From the human T2T-CHM13v2.0 reference genome, Homo sapiens, in the NCBI RefSeq assembly GCF_009914755.1, contig NC_060947.1: a stretch of DNA of 64,000 nucleotides, one strand, 5' to 3'. The notes beneath the pieces were generated by a model. It had not been told where the DNA came from. It did not search any database and was given only the letters and a program-made list of their open reading frames with translations. Position 1 is the first letter of the stretch. Every line of letters starts with the position of its first letter. Positions 1 to 13,262 of the stretch are shown piece by piece. The position numbers and the translations under genes were made by a program.

Positions 1-957
<957 letters not shown>

Positions 958-1046
958 TGCCTGTTATTTTAATGTAAACCTTAACTGCTGCCACTGCCAC
1001 TCTCATAAGTGTTCTGGTTTGGACAAGAAATTATATGGTCACCCTA
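958..1046 (-). mobile_element. hAT-Blackjack DNA transposon fragment (MER81-like)
   Basis: Ends in ...ggacaagaaattatatggtcacccta, the reverse complement of a TAGGGTGACCATATAATTT terminus (from memory). Confidence 0.4.
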
Positions 1047-2673
1047 CCTCCCGAGTTTGATATGGTCACTACTTCCAGAGAAACCTGCCTTCACTAACTA
1101 GCTGCTGTTTTTTTTTTTTCTGTACCCTCATGTGCACATATGAGTGGAGTGCCACACTCTTATAGCCACTACCATCGCCACTCTTTCTGAGACCGGATCT
1201 CAAAAATAATCTCACCATTGCCGTTACTCTTTGGCCCTGCCATCTACTTTATAATTTTCTACTCTTTAAGTTTTGCTTAGAACAATTTTCTATATCTACC
1301 TAGTTGGATCAAGGACTGGGTTTGGATTAATAAGTTTAAATTCGGTCCAAACTGGTAAAAAAAAAAAAAAAAAGGAGGCACACAGCCATCCCTCTACATT
1401 TGGAGACCCTTACTGCTTCCAAAGGAATCCTCCCTAACACATCCACACTGCTGAAGCTAAAGAGTCTGTGTTTAGGTCCCCCAAATCCAAATTTTATATA
1501 GGCCTTGTTTCATCCCAACAGATATACTACTCTTTCTTGCCTGATAAGAGAAAGAAGCCTAGACCAATGAAATTAAGTCCACCATGGAAGGAAAGGTGGC
1601 CCCTTTAAGAACATGGAATGGTCTGGAACCCTTGATTCTGCCCACTATGACAACAGGAAGCAAAGGTCAGAGGGACTGGCCATAGGCACATGTGAAGCTT
1701 TCTTGCCAATCTTCATTGAACTCACACTTCAAAAGTCATGGTTTTCTCTTTGTTTTATTGTAATTTTCTGTTTTATTATAAAGAAGATTGCAGAAAAGAG
1801 GCAGAATAGGAGAGCTGAAAGACAAAAAAAGAGTATCTAAACAACAGAGGACACATACTGGGTCTGTCTTTTTTTTCCTGTTTGTATCGGTTTGTCTTTT
1901 CATATAATACTTAACCTCTATCTTACCCTTGATATCATTACCAATCTAAGAATCTCTACCCCTCAAGGGTGGTTGTGGGCATTAGATGAAACTTAGGAGT
2001 AGTTCATGGTATATAATTTCACAAACTATTTAATCTTTTTAAATCAAAGGGCAATGAATTATTTTATAGACTGCATCAAATTTCCTCATGGAAAAATAAC
2101 TGTTATCAAAGTGGCTACGTAAAAATACATTTGATTTCAAAATCAATCAATCAAAATGATCATGTCATAATATGTATATACATAGACATACATACAATAC
2201 ATATTGTATATGTACATACTCTTAACTGGTGTGGCTACAAGAATAGGTTCTGTGTAGATCTTGTTTGGATCCAATATTATATGCCTAATGTCTGTTTTAA
2301 ATGCCAAATTCTTGCTTCAATGCCCATATTCTTGCAATTTAGTCTTTACTTATGTATTGACTCAGAGTATGGTCTTTAAGTACCAAGTCTTTATCAGTTG
2401 ATTTGTATGGATTAGTTTCCCTCCAAAACCCTCTAGAATATGTTGTGGCTATTTGATGTTGCAGGTCTCTGTATTCAACCTAAGTATTTGCTGCCTGAGT
2501 TATTTTTGTCTTCTGTGTTTCCTCTAGAGATACGTGTTTTTCAAACTATGACAATGGGAAGGGGGATTTAAGTTTAACCCTTTTGGATGGAAAGGTCACT
2601 TACTGCTTAGAGTGGTGACTGAAACGTATCTTCAATTTGCACTTACTCTTCAGTGGGCCATTCGATATCCCTA

Positions 2674-2752
2674 TATAGATAGATGATGATGGTGATGAAG
2701 ACGACAGATAGATAGATAGGCAAACAATAGACAGATAGATAGAAATAGAAAG
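2674..2752. repeat. Degenerate (TAGA)n/(GAT)n microsatellite
   Basis: tagatagatgatgat...agatagatagatag...agatagatagaaatag. Confidence 0.75.
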
Positions 2753-5046
2753 AGACTTGCTATGTGGTCAATATAATATATAAACATTTTCCCTTTAGCA
2801 ATTACCTTTATTTGTCATTTCCAAAGATTAGTCCTGGAGCTATCTTGATATTTAAAGATTAGAATGTAGAATTAATGTGAGCTATTATATATTATATTTC
2901 AAACTTCCCTAAAATCATGGCTAACCATTTCTTCTCTTCCCTCAAAAAATCAATGTGCAGAATCTCTGGAGCTCATCCCTTCAGAGGGTCCTTCCCAGAA
3001 GAACTGTATCTCCACTTCCTCGGTTCTCTGGAATAAATTACAAGTAAGTTACCTTAAAAGAGATGTTAAAGCATGTAAATACTAAAAAGAGAGAAAGCAG
3101 AATGTTATTTGGGAATAATTTTAGTAGATAGTTTTATGTACTTATCTTTTGGTAGAAGGTAGGGTTTCAGGGAACAGAACATAGAGATAACAATGTTTCT
3201 TACTGTGAATATCTACATAATTGTGATTATATTAGAGCAGAAGATAGCTCTTTTACACATTTCCTGAGAAAAAAGTCAGTACTGACTAAAATTAATCTGT
3301 AAGATTTTAAAAATTGTACTTCATTTATTTAAGTATCATAGTAATTTATCAGACATCCTGAGAAAGAACACAGAAAATATTCCTTAACAAGAACCCTAGT
3401 TTGAGTGAGAAATAGAATAAAAAGAGAACTGTTTCATTATTTCAGTTTTATGAGAATGCCATTATTTTGTTATGTCTGCTATGTCAATCTAATGTAACTT
3501 CTGAATGACTTCATTTATTCGTTTCCCACAGAATATAGTCATAACATTCGATTTCATAACACGTAACACTTTATGATTGAGTTTTTAAAGTATCCTATAA
3601 TATTTATTTTATTTTTTTTCATTTAAAATAGCCTTATGACTCATGAGTCCAAACAGGACAGTCTTTACGTCTACCCATCTTATGACTGATGTGGCTCTCA
3701 AGGAACAATAAAACCTAAGCAAATTATGGGAACAAGCATTTATCAACCACGCAAATGAAGCCATTCTTTGTATGTATTATGCATCTCAATCTCCATATAT
3801 GGTTATCAACGTAATAATTCAAGTAAAGGTAATATAATAAATACTAAGACCTCACTATAGCAAAATGATATGATAGAATTAGACAAATTATGTCAGGCAG
3901 AATTAGACAAACTTCAAGACAAATGTTCAGGAAGTTTAGTTTATATGACTCACTGTCATTACTATTTTATTTTGTAAAATGGGATTAGGAAATATGAACC
4001 AAATGTATAGTATATATAATACTTAATACGTATTAACATACCTATATATAAGTATTCATAATGTATATTTAAATTTGAATCTTTAGAAGGAGATTTCAGA
4101 TCAAATGAAAACTGATTAAATGCCATTAGACTGGTTAACCCAGAGATGAGAAAGGTCTTATGTTTTTGAAGTCATTAAATTACCATAATTTAGCAAGGCA
4201 ACTGCCATTTTGTGTTTCAGTCCACTTAAATAATACATTAAATAGTACATTGCTCAAGGTAATGTTGAACACTAGCTAATTACTGATCACTAGCTATAAG
4301 ACATGTTAACAAATAACATAGAATGCAAAGTATTTCCTTGTAGAAGTGTTTAAAAATATCAATCAGAGAAAACAGCAAAACAGATTATCAGCAGAAAGTT
4401 ATCTTTATGAATTTTCTTGATAAGTGCAATGAATTATAGAAAAATGGAGCTAGTTCACCAAAAATGGATAACTGGTATTTGTTAACATAATAAGTTGTGG
4501 TTCTTTTGAGAGGGGGACATTTTTGGTTGACCGCATAGCAAAATAACATTCCTCCAAAAAACCGCACTGTGAATTAATGAGTGACCTCACAGTGATAAAT
4601 TAAGGAAACACAGATTTGTAGTTTTAAGGATTTTGATTATGCAGTAAGACAAAATGCCAGCTGTGTGATTGAATAAAAACAGGTTTTTCTAATGTACTTA
4701 GCATATATTAGGAAAGATATATCATCTATGAGGACAAGTGATGAAAGATAGAACTGAAAAAAAAGAACTTTCATGAGACATGTAAAATCATTAAGAGAAT
4801 TAAATAAGAGAGAATGGCACTGAACTCATTTTGGGTCAATACATGTGGAAACTCAAAAAGAGAAAACCTCAGTAAGAAAAGAGGAAAGGGTAATATTGAG
4901 AATATAGAGGGGAAGCTGGCCGGTCTTAAATGTAGGTGGCTTCAGAATCAGTTTTGATCTGTGTATTAGTTCCCTATTGCTGCATAACAAATTATCAGAC
5001 TTGTCAACTTATAAAAACACATACTTATTATCTCACAGTTTCTGTG

Positions 5047-5450
5047 TGTCTTAGTCCATTTTGTGTTACTATAAAAAACCCTGGGGCTGAGTAATTTATA
5101 AAAATGAAAAGTTTATTTGTCTCATGGTTCTGCAGGCTGTACAAGAAACATGGCACCAACATCTATTTCTGGTGAGGGCTTTAGGCTGCTTCCACTCATG
5201 GTAGAAGGCAAAAAGGAGCTGGCATGTGCAGAGATCACGTAGCAAGAGAGGATACAAGGGGGTTTCCAGGCTCTTTTTAACAGTCAGCTCTCATGAGAAG
5301 TAATAGAGGAAGAAGTCACTTACTACTGAGAGAGTGGCTCCAAGCCATTCATAAGGAATCAACCACCATGACACACTAGGCCTCACCTCCAAAACTGGGA
5401 ATCACATTTCAACATGAGATTTGGAAGGGTCAAATATCCAAACTATAGCA
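5047..5450 (-). mobile_element. MSTB-like MaLR LTR (left copy)
   Basis: tgtcttagtccatttt...atccaaactatagca, TG...CA termini; homologous to 6899-7299. Confidence 0.88.
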
Positions 5451-6898
5451 TTCTACCCCTGAACGCCTAAGTATCATGTCCTTCTCACAAGCAAAATACA
5501 ATAATTTTATCCCAATAGTTCCCGAAAACTTTAACTTGTTCCAGCATCGACTCAGAAATCTAAAGTTCAAAGTCCTATCTGAGACTCAAGGCAATTTACT
5601 TACAACTGTGAGCCTGTATAATTAAAAAACAAGTTATTTAACTCCAAGGCACAATGGTGGTACAGGCATTCAGTAAATATTCCCATTCCAAAAGGGAGAA
5701 ATTAGCCAAAAGAAAGGGGGAATAAGCCCTACACAATTCCAAAACCCAGCAGAGCAGACATCAAATCTTAAAGCTCCAAGATAATCTACTTTGACTCCAT
5801 GTCTTGCATCCTGGGCACACTGGTAGGCAGGGTGGGCTGTGAAGACCTCAAGAAGCTCCACTCCCATGGTTCTGCTAGGTGCACCCACGTGGCTGCTCTC
5901 ATGGGTTGCAGTCCAATGCTTACAGTTTTACGAGGCTGCAGTCGCACACTTCCAGGGGCTCTATAATTCTGGAGTCTGGAGGGTGGTAGCACTGCCCTAG
6001 TAGGCACCAGTTGTGGGGACTCCAACCCCTATTGCATTCTGAGCACCTGTGGATATAACACCATATGCATGCCACCAAGGCTTACAGCTTGCGTCCTCTG
6101 GAGCAGTAGCTTGAGCAGTACCTGGGGCCCTTTGAGCCACAGCTGGAGCCGAAGTGGTGGGGATGTAGGAAGGAACATCCTGAGACAGCACAGGACAGCA
6201 GAACCTGGGCCTGGCTCCCAAAACCATTCTGTCTTCTTAGGTCTCTGGGCCTGTGATTGGGCCTTTTACCCATAGTCTTGACTATTAGCGCCTGGCTTCC
6301 ATTTAGTCATGGTAATCTCTTTAGCAAGTGGTAGTTCCACAACATCCTTGGATTCCTCTCCTGAAAACACTCTTTTCTTCTCTATCACATGGCCAGGCTG
6401 CAAATTTTCCAGACTTTTACACTCTGCTTCCTTTCTAATCATAAATTTCAACTTTAGGTCATCCCTTTACTCCCAGATAATATTGTAAGTTGTTAAAAGT
6501 AGTCATGCCACTCTTGAATGCCTTGCTACTTAGAAATTTCTTTCACCAGATACCCTAGGTCATCACTCTTAAGTTCAGCCTTCCACAAAGCCCTAGGGCA
6601 TGGACACAATGCAGCCAAGTTCTTTGCTACAGTGTCACAATGACCTTTCTCCAGTTACCATTAAGTTGCTCATTTCCATTTGAGACCTCATCAGCATGGC
6701 CTTTACTGTCTATATTTCTATGAGCATTTTGCTCACAACCACAACGAATCTCTAAGAAGTTCCAAACTTTCACCTGTCTCCCAGTCTTCTTCTGAGTGCT
6801 CCAAACTTTTCTAACTTCTGCCCATTAGCCAGTTCCCAAGCTGCTTTCACATTTTCAGGTATCTTTATAGCAATGCCCCACCCTTGGTACCAACTTTC
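5451..6898 (-). mobile_element. MST internal region (decayed MaLR internal sequence)
   Basis: Lies between two matching LTRs; minus-strand ORF remnants (KSLENLQPGHVIEKK, ISPFWNGNIY) are typical of THE1/MST-int. Confidence 0.85.
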
Positions 6899-7299
6899 TG
6901 TCTTGGTCTGTTTTTGTTTTGCTATAAAGGAATACCTAATGCTAGGTAATATTAAGAAAAGAGGTTTACTTGGCTCATGATTCTGCAGGCTAGATGACCG
7001 GGAGTCTGGTGAAAGCCTCAATCTGTTTCCACTAATGGCAGAAAATGAAGGAAAGCTGGCATGTACATAAATCACATGGTGAGAAAGGAAGCAAGAGCAG
7101 GGAGGTGACAGGCTCTTTTTAACAGCCAGCCCTCATGGGAATTAATGGACTGAGAACTCACTACTGAGAGAATGGCACCAAATCATTCATGAGGAATCTG
7201 CCCCCATGACCCAAACACTTCCCACTAGGCCCCACCTCCAACACTGGAGATCAAATTTCAACATGAGATTTGGAGGGGTCAGTTATCCAAACTATAGCA
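6899..7299 (-). mobile_element. MSTB-like MaLR LTR (right copy)
   Basis: tgtcttggtctgtttt...tatccaaactatagca; direct repeat of 5047-5450. Confidence 0.88.
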
Positions 7300-7964
7300 C
7301 CATGAATCAGGAGTCTGAATATGGCTTATCTGGGTCCTCCACTCAGGGTCTTTCAATGCTGTGATCAAGGTGTCAAGCAGACTGCATTCTCATCTGGAGT
7401 TTGGGTCCTCTCCCAAGCTCATGCATTTGTTGGGAGAATCCACTTCCTTGCAACTATAGAACTTCATTCTCTTTCCTACCCTTTTCCTTGCTAGCTGTCA
7501 TCTAAAGGCCACTGTCAGCTCCTAGAAGCCACTTGCAGTTGCTACAGGGCCCTCTGATAGACCCTCTCACAATATTGCAGTTTATCTCTTCAAGGCCAGC
7601 AGAAGAATGGCTAGCTCCATTCTGCTAGGATGGAGTCCTAAATAACAATGTATTCAAGAGAGTAACTATTGTATTGATATTCCCTATCATTTTCTCCATA
7701 TTGGCCAGATGCAAGTCACAGGTTCTTCCTATGCTCCAGAGAAGGGGTTTATGCAATCGATGTAGCTCATTGAGGGCGTCATTCAATGTGTGTGTCCACA
7801 TAATCAACAATTTACCCTTTAAAGAGGACTAAAATTGAATAGCTCAGCTTTTTCCTAGAAGACTAGGTGAACAGGGGAAAAATGGTGACCCTTAAAGGTT
7901 ATAGAAAGCCTGGGTCAGATAATCTTTTAAAACTGAATGAAACTAATTGAGGAATGTAACTTTT

Positions 7965-8180
7965 TCATTCATTCAACCAATTCGTTAAACCTACTGGTGC
8001 CTAGTATGTGCCAAGACCTGTGGTATTTAAACAATGATGAAAAACGTTATTGTCTTGACCTATGGAACTATACTATAGTGTAGGGAAACATACATTAAAC
8101 AGGTGAATATGTATATAATTAAAAATTGTGATAAGTACTACAAAATAAAAGCTCAGAGGGTAGTGAGAGAGAATGACAAG
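7965..8180 (-). mobile_element. L2 3' end
   Basis: ttcattcattcaa...tactggtgcctagtatgtgccaag is the L2 tail signature. Confidence 0.65.
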
Positions 8181-8934
8181 GGTGATGCAATCACCTGTGG
8201 TGCAGTGTGTGTATCAGTATTACCCTTAATTATAGCCACCAAAAGCAAAGCAATATTGGTACAAGAGGTGGATAAGAGACTCAAAAAAGAAGTGAGTCAG
8301 AGCTGTTTTTTGTAGCTACCTCAGTCAAAAAGTAGTGGTAGTAATTTCCAAGAAGTAGGGGCAGGATTGGAGGTGGAAGAGGCAAAATAAGACAAAAAGT
8401 TGAAGTGACATGGATATTGATAAGGGAAAGATAGTGCCCAAGACAAGAAAGAATGTGCCTAAAGTTCCTTAGGAAAAGCCGTGGAAAAGGTTCATCTCAG
8501 TCTCTGCTAACAAATTAAACTTTTCCCCAACAAAGCTCTCACTGTACTTTTATTTCAAGGATACATGGTAACCAAGCTCAGCATTCTGTTAAAGCACATT
8601 GTTAAAGTTGCTCTCACTGAGTGTCCCAGTAATATGTTAGATATCAAATCCAAAAGCCTATTTTAAGACTTCACCTTATCTGATCTCTCTATAGATATTT
8701 GATACTTAATGTTTCCTGAACACTTTCAGGCTAATACTCTCCTAGTGGTCTGCCTATCTCTCTGACTATAATTCCCCAAACTCCTTCTGAAACACCTTCT
8801 AATCTCTAATCAGAGGCAGTGCCTGCCACAAAATGGTGGGCAACAAATATATATATTTTAAAGTTTTGAACCATTCTTGTATGAATGGAGAAGATAGCCA
8901 GTATAATGTTTTTCAGTAAATATAAAAAGTTCTC

Positions 8935-9235
8935 ACCATTATCCTAAGCAAACTAATGCAGGAATATAAAAACAAATACTGCATGTTCTCACTTATAAGT
9001 GGGAAGTAAACAATGAGACCTCATGGACACAAGGAGGGGAACAACAGACACTGGGGATCACTTTAGAGTGGAGAGTAGAAGGGAGAAGATAAAAAAAAAA
9101 ACCCCACCAATTGGGTACTATATTACCTGGGTGACAAAATAATCTGTACACCAAATCGCTGTAACACACAGTTTACCTATATAACAAACCTTCACATATA
9201 ACCCTGAACTTAAAATAAAACTTAAAAAAATAAAA
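8935..9235 (+). mobile_element. L1 3' end fragment (old L1PA/L1PB)
   Basis: ctaagcaaactaatgcaggaa...gcatgttctcacttataagtggg...cctgaacttaaaataaaa plus A-rich tail. Confidence 0.85.
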
Positions 9236-10770
9236 TATTCCATTCAGTTAAAAAAAAATCTTAAAATAAAGGCCTACAGATTCATACTTTCTCAGATCTG
9301 TTTTAAAATGACATTTTTAAATGTTCAGGGACATGTTTCCTTATGGTCCCTGGAATAGAAAAGTAAATTTATGAATGGAGATTTTTAATTGCCAAAAAGT
9401 AACATGTTATGCTGGGGAAATTAAGTTTTAGCATGAACCTCTATCATAAAACAATTCTATGCCGAGACGAAACTCTGCTTATGTGACATAAATAATGTTA
9501 TGATAACATATGCTGTGAAAACAATTAGTCATGTATTTTAAAATGTGTGCATATGATCATACAAAAAAGACAAATGGAATATTTCATAAAAGCAACAAAT
9601 TTAATTTTGTGTTAGTACAGTACTAACATTCACAATTGTGCAATACTAGAGTATGGACCTTGGTACTATAGTATGATAAAAAAAAGAAATACTTGCTTTT
9701 CTTATGTAAATTTTCTCCTGTAATGTTTGCTTTTTACTTTAGTATGGAAACTGGATTGCCCAATATCTAAACCAGTATGAAGGAACTATTTTACAAGTAT
9801 TTAATGGTTATTTGAAAGCAGCCAGGAATTATTTTACTAAAATAAGATATTTTCATGTGTTGTTTTAAATCACTACAGATTTCTGAGAGTGATTAAATAG
9901 ATTTCTAAAATAACTAAACATAAGCATATCTGAATGAGAATAAAAATTGTATTAAATGCCATTTAATTACATTCGATATTTTTCACTTATTTGCAGAGTT
10001 TTTCTACACCAGGAGTTCCAAAATCAAGCTACATTCAAAGAGAGAAACAACACATTGGATACTCAAGTTATGAACCGTGAGAAGAGTCAGAAATTCCTTA
10101 TAGGATAGAACATGTGCAATTGAAATCTAATATTAAGTTTTCTGTGGAAAAACACATATATGTGTACTATATGGCTATCTGATCATTTTAAAAACATACT
10201 CAGAATACTTTAATAAAACACTGTGAGTATGAATTATCTATGCTTTAAACACTTTACTTCTCTTTCTGCATTTATGCCATCACTTCTTATCTCTTTATAC
10301 CTTGAACTTTTTCTTTTCCCCCTCTCTCACTCTATGACTCCTGAACAAAACTGTCATTTCCAATATCTAACTTCATTAACTAAGTAGGGATGGCAGATGT
10401 TTATTATCACCAAAATGCAGCATAACATTTGCAAACTGGTTTATGACATGCATCTTTATAAAGTGCTCAGTGAAATGCATAAACGATTGATTGAAAATTG
10501 GTCAAAGAGAATACTGAGTACTTTATTAGTTACTGGCTAAAGCTAAGGAGTTACAGAAAAGCATCATATCTAAATAAGGAGTTTTATTTGAAATATGTAA
10601 TTTCATTATGAATAAATTCCATAAAATAAACTAAGAATTGCTAAATGATTTCTGTAAACTGATTGGTGCTGTAGAATGATCCCATAACCTGGGCCCCTGA
10701 CTCCTTCTTTCCTTTCTTCCTTCATTCCTTCTTCTCTTCCTTTATCCCTCCTTTATTTAAAGGGTACTCA

Positions 10771-11583
10771 GAGTGGAGCAAGATGGTGGAATAGAAGGCT
10801 CCACCAATCGCTGCACATTACCCCCAGCAAGGACACCAATTTAACAACTATCTACACAGAAAAAAACACCCATATAAGAACCGAAATTCAGGTGAGCCCT
10901 CATAGTACCTGGTTTTTAACTCCATGTTACTGAAAGAAATACTGAAGAGATAGAAAAAAAAAAAAACACCTTGAATCACTGACACTACCTCTCCCCAACT
11001 CCCCAGCAGCAGTGTGGAGTGGAGCATCTCTGGGCATTGGGGAAGGGACAGCACAACAATTGTGAGGCATCAAACTCAGTGCTGTCCTGTTAAAGCAGAA
11101 AGGAAAACAGAATAAAACTCAGCTGACACCCACCCACAGAGGGAGCATTTAAACCAGTCCTAGCCAGAGGGGAATCTTGTATCCCAATGGGTGGAACTTG
11201 AGTTCGTGCAGACCTTGCCACCCAGGGCCAAAGTGCTCTGGATTTCAAAGCAAACTTGATAGGCAGTCTAGGCCACAGGGACTACAACTCTTAAGTCCTA
11301 GTGCTGAACTGGGCCCAGAAACAGTGGTCTGAGGGCGCATATGACCTGCTGAGACATCAGTGGGAGCAGCTAAGGGAGTGCTGGCATCATCCCTCCCCTA
11401 AACTCTCCGCTGTACAGCTTGTGGCTCCAAAAGAGACCCCTTTCTTCCTCTTGAGGTGAAGAGAGGGAAGAATGTAGAGGACTTTGTCTTGCATTTTGGA
11501 TACCAGCTCAGCCACAGCAGCATAGGGCACCGATCAGAGTCATAAGGACCCTGTTCCAGGCCCTAGCTCCCAGGCAGCACTTC
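10771..11583 (+). mobile_element. Isolated L1 5'UTR (L1MA/L1PB-type), followed by an A24 run
   Basis: gagtggagcaagatggtggaatagaag start; collinear with the 5'UTR of the full-length L1 at 22212. Confidence 0.8.
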
Positions 11584-11774
11584 TGTGTTAAAAAAAAAAA
11601 AAAAAAAAAAAAACTCTCCTGGATCTAAGATGCATCACAAAGTGTCCTACATGATCTGTCAACTATTGGTCCTGTTCTTCAGTCATCTCTCCTTAATTCC
11701 CTGGGGTGGAGAAGGGGAAATTAGGAAAAGAAAAAAGAGAAAAAGAAATTAAGTGAGAGAAAAAGAAATTAAGT

Positions 11775-12560
11775 GCTCACCAGTCACTGTCCCTTCTACT
11801 TCCTAAATAGATCTCAAATATGTCCCCTCTCCTACCATTATCTCTATTCATTCTGACACTATCATCGTCTGAAATACCACCACCTTTTCCCTGGACAATT
11901 GTAACTGACACCCAGTTGGTCCCCCCATATCTTACACTTGCCTCAGTCCAATCCTATTGCCACAGTACAGCTACGGTAATATTTTAATATACATGCCTAG
12001 TCTTGTTATATTTCTCCTTAAACCTCTTCAATAGCTTCCAATTACCTTAGAATAAAATTGCAAGTTCTCACCATGGATCACAAGGCACTCTAAGACCCCA
12101 AGATATCGGGTCTCTGTCACTCTGTCTTTCTGTCTCTTTCTATCTATATTTACATCCATATCTACATCTATATCATGTATGTGTTTGTGTGTTACTGTAT
12201 GATATCCATAAGAATACTTACTATGATGTAAGCACACAATACTTTACATGCAATCTTATGCCATCCTCCCATCACTATGAGGTAGGTACTGTTATTTTTC
12301 CCATGTACAAATGAGGAAATCGAGGCTTTAGGTAGTTTAGTAACTTGTGCAAAGCCCCATAATTAGTGTCAGAGCCCAGGATTCAAACACAATCAGCCTG
12401 ATTCAAAACTCTGTAACTAGGAACAGTATATTTTTTTCCAATTTCTTCACTTACTTCACTTACCACTCTCCATCTTGCTATGTGCTCTAGTCATACTTGA
12501 CTTTTGGTTTCTCTTTTAGAGCCTTCCTGCATGTCATTTCTCTCTGCCTGGATAACCTGA
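11775..12560 (+). mobile_element. L2 fragment interrupted by a MIR (12205-12415, - strand) and low-complexity TC/TA
   Basis: L2 motifs (tcttcaatagcttccaattaccttagaataaaa); MIR core (aaatgaggaaatcgaggctt...taacttgtgcaaag). Confidence 0.65.
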
Positions 12561-13035
12561 TTATAAATAAGTCTTTGGAATTCAGACACTTCTATGGAAG
12601 ATGTGGCTATCCCAGAAAAAAACCTCTAAGTTAGGCTGCCCATGAAAGAGTTCCTGGTTGGTTGAAAGTTTTCTGTGAATGTCACATAGTCCAGAATAGA
12701 AACAAGCTTCCAGTTGTTGAAAGACTCCTTTATTTATACTGAGAATCATGTAGGGCCAGACCCTGGGTGGTAGGACTTCTGTAGGTGTTTAATACAACAC
12801 AAGACCAAGCTCTAACTGGCTCCTATCAGTCTAAGCAGGAATAGACATTGAGTGTTCAGAGTTTTAGCCTCTTGATGCTGAGGCTGGCCTAAGAACAGGG
12901 TCTGGGTGGTTAGAGATTTTGTCTGTATGCACTGAAAACTTCATAAATTGTCAGAGGCTGCTATTGTAAGTGCTAGAGTCAGAGTAGGAGAAGACCAAGG
13001 ATGGTCAAAGGCATAGTTATATATAGGAGATAATC

Positions 13036-13262
13036 TAGCACAGTGGTTAACAGCTTAAACAACTCTGTAGTGAGCCTGCTGCATTGAAATTCCAGATTCC
13101 ACACTTCCTAGCTGTGGGACATTGGGCAAATGACTTATCCTTTATCTCTGTTTCATCTTCTCTAAAGTGAGAATAACAGTCTGTACTCCATAGGGCTGTT
13201 ATGAGGATTAAATAAGACATGTAAAACACTTGAGACAGTGCCCAGCAAATAGTGATTAGTCA
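13036..13262 (+). mobile_element. MIR SINE
   Basis: tagcacagtggttaa...ttgggcaaatgactta...gaggattaaataag...gtaaaacacttgagacagtgcc. Confidence 0.8.

Larger units (their letters stand above)
4962..7800 (-). mobile_element. MLT1 (E/F/G-like) MaLR LTR split by an MSTB provirus (pieces 4962-5046 and 7300-7800)
   Basis: Starts tgtattagttccctattgctgcataacaaatta; resumes after the insert with aatcaggagtctgaatatggcttatctgggtcc; ends ...gtgtccaca. Confidence 0.75.
2528..10217 (+). pseudogene. Candidate spliced + strand transcript (lncRNA or decayed protein-coding gene); candidate exons 2528-2594, 2961-3043, 3632-3769, 9997-~10230
   Basis: Pyrimidine-tract/AG acceptors at 2527, 2960, 3631 and 9996; donors GTAAGT at 3044 and GTATGT at 3770; AATAAA at 10212. 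No stop-free frame across the chain. Confidence 0.35.

Noticed and set aside
5670-7075. Cluster of overlapping 60-100 aa ORFs
   Set aside because: Decayed MaLR internal and LTR sequence.
11735-11776. Tandem duplication of gaaaaagaaattaagtg (similar case gttcattaatctatt at ~18919)
   Set aside because: Ordinary slippage duplications with no functional context.
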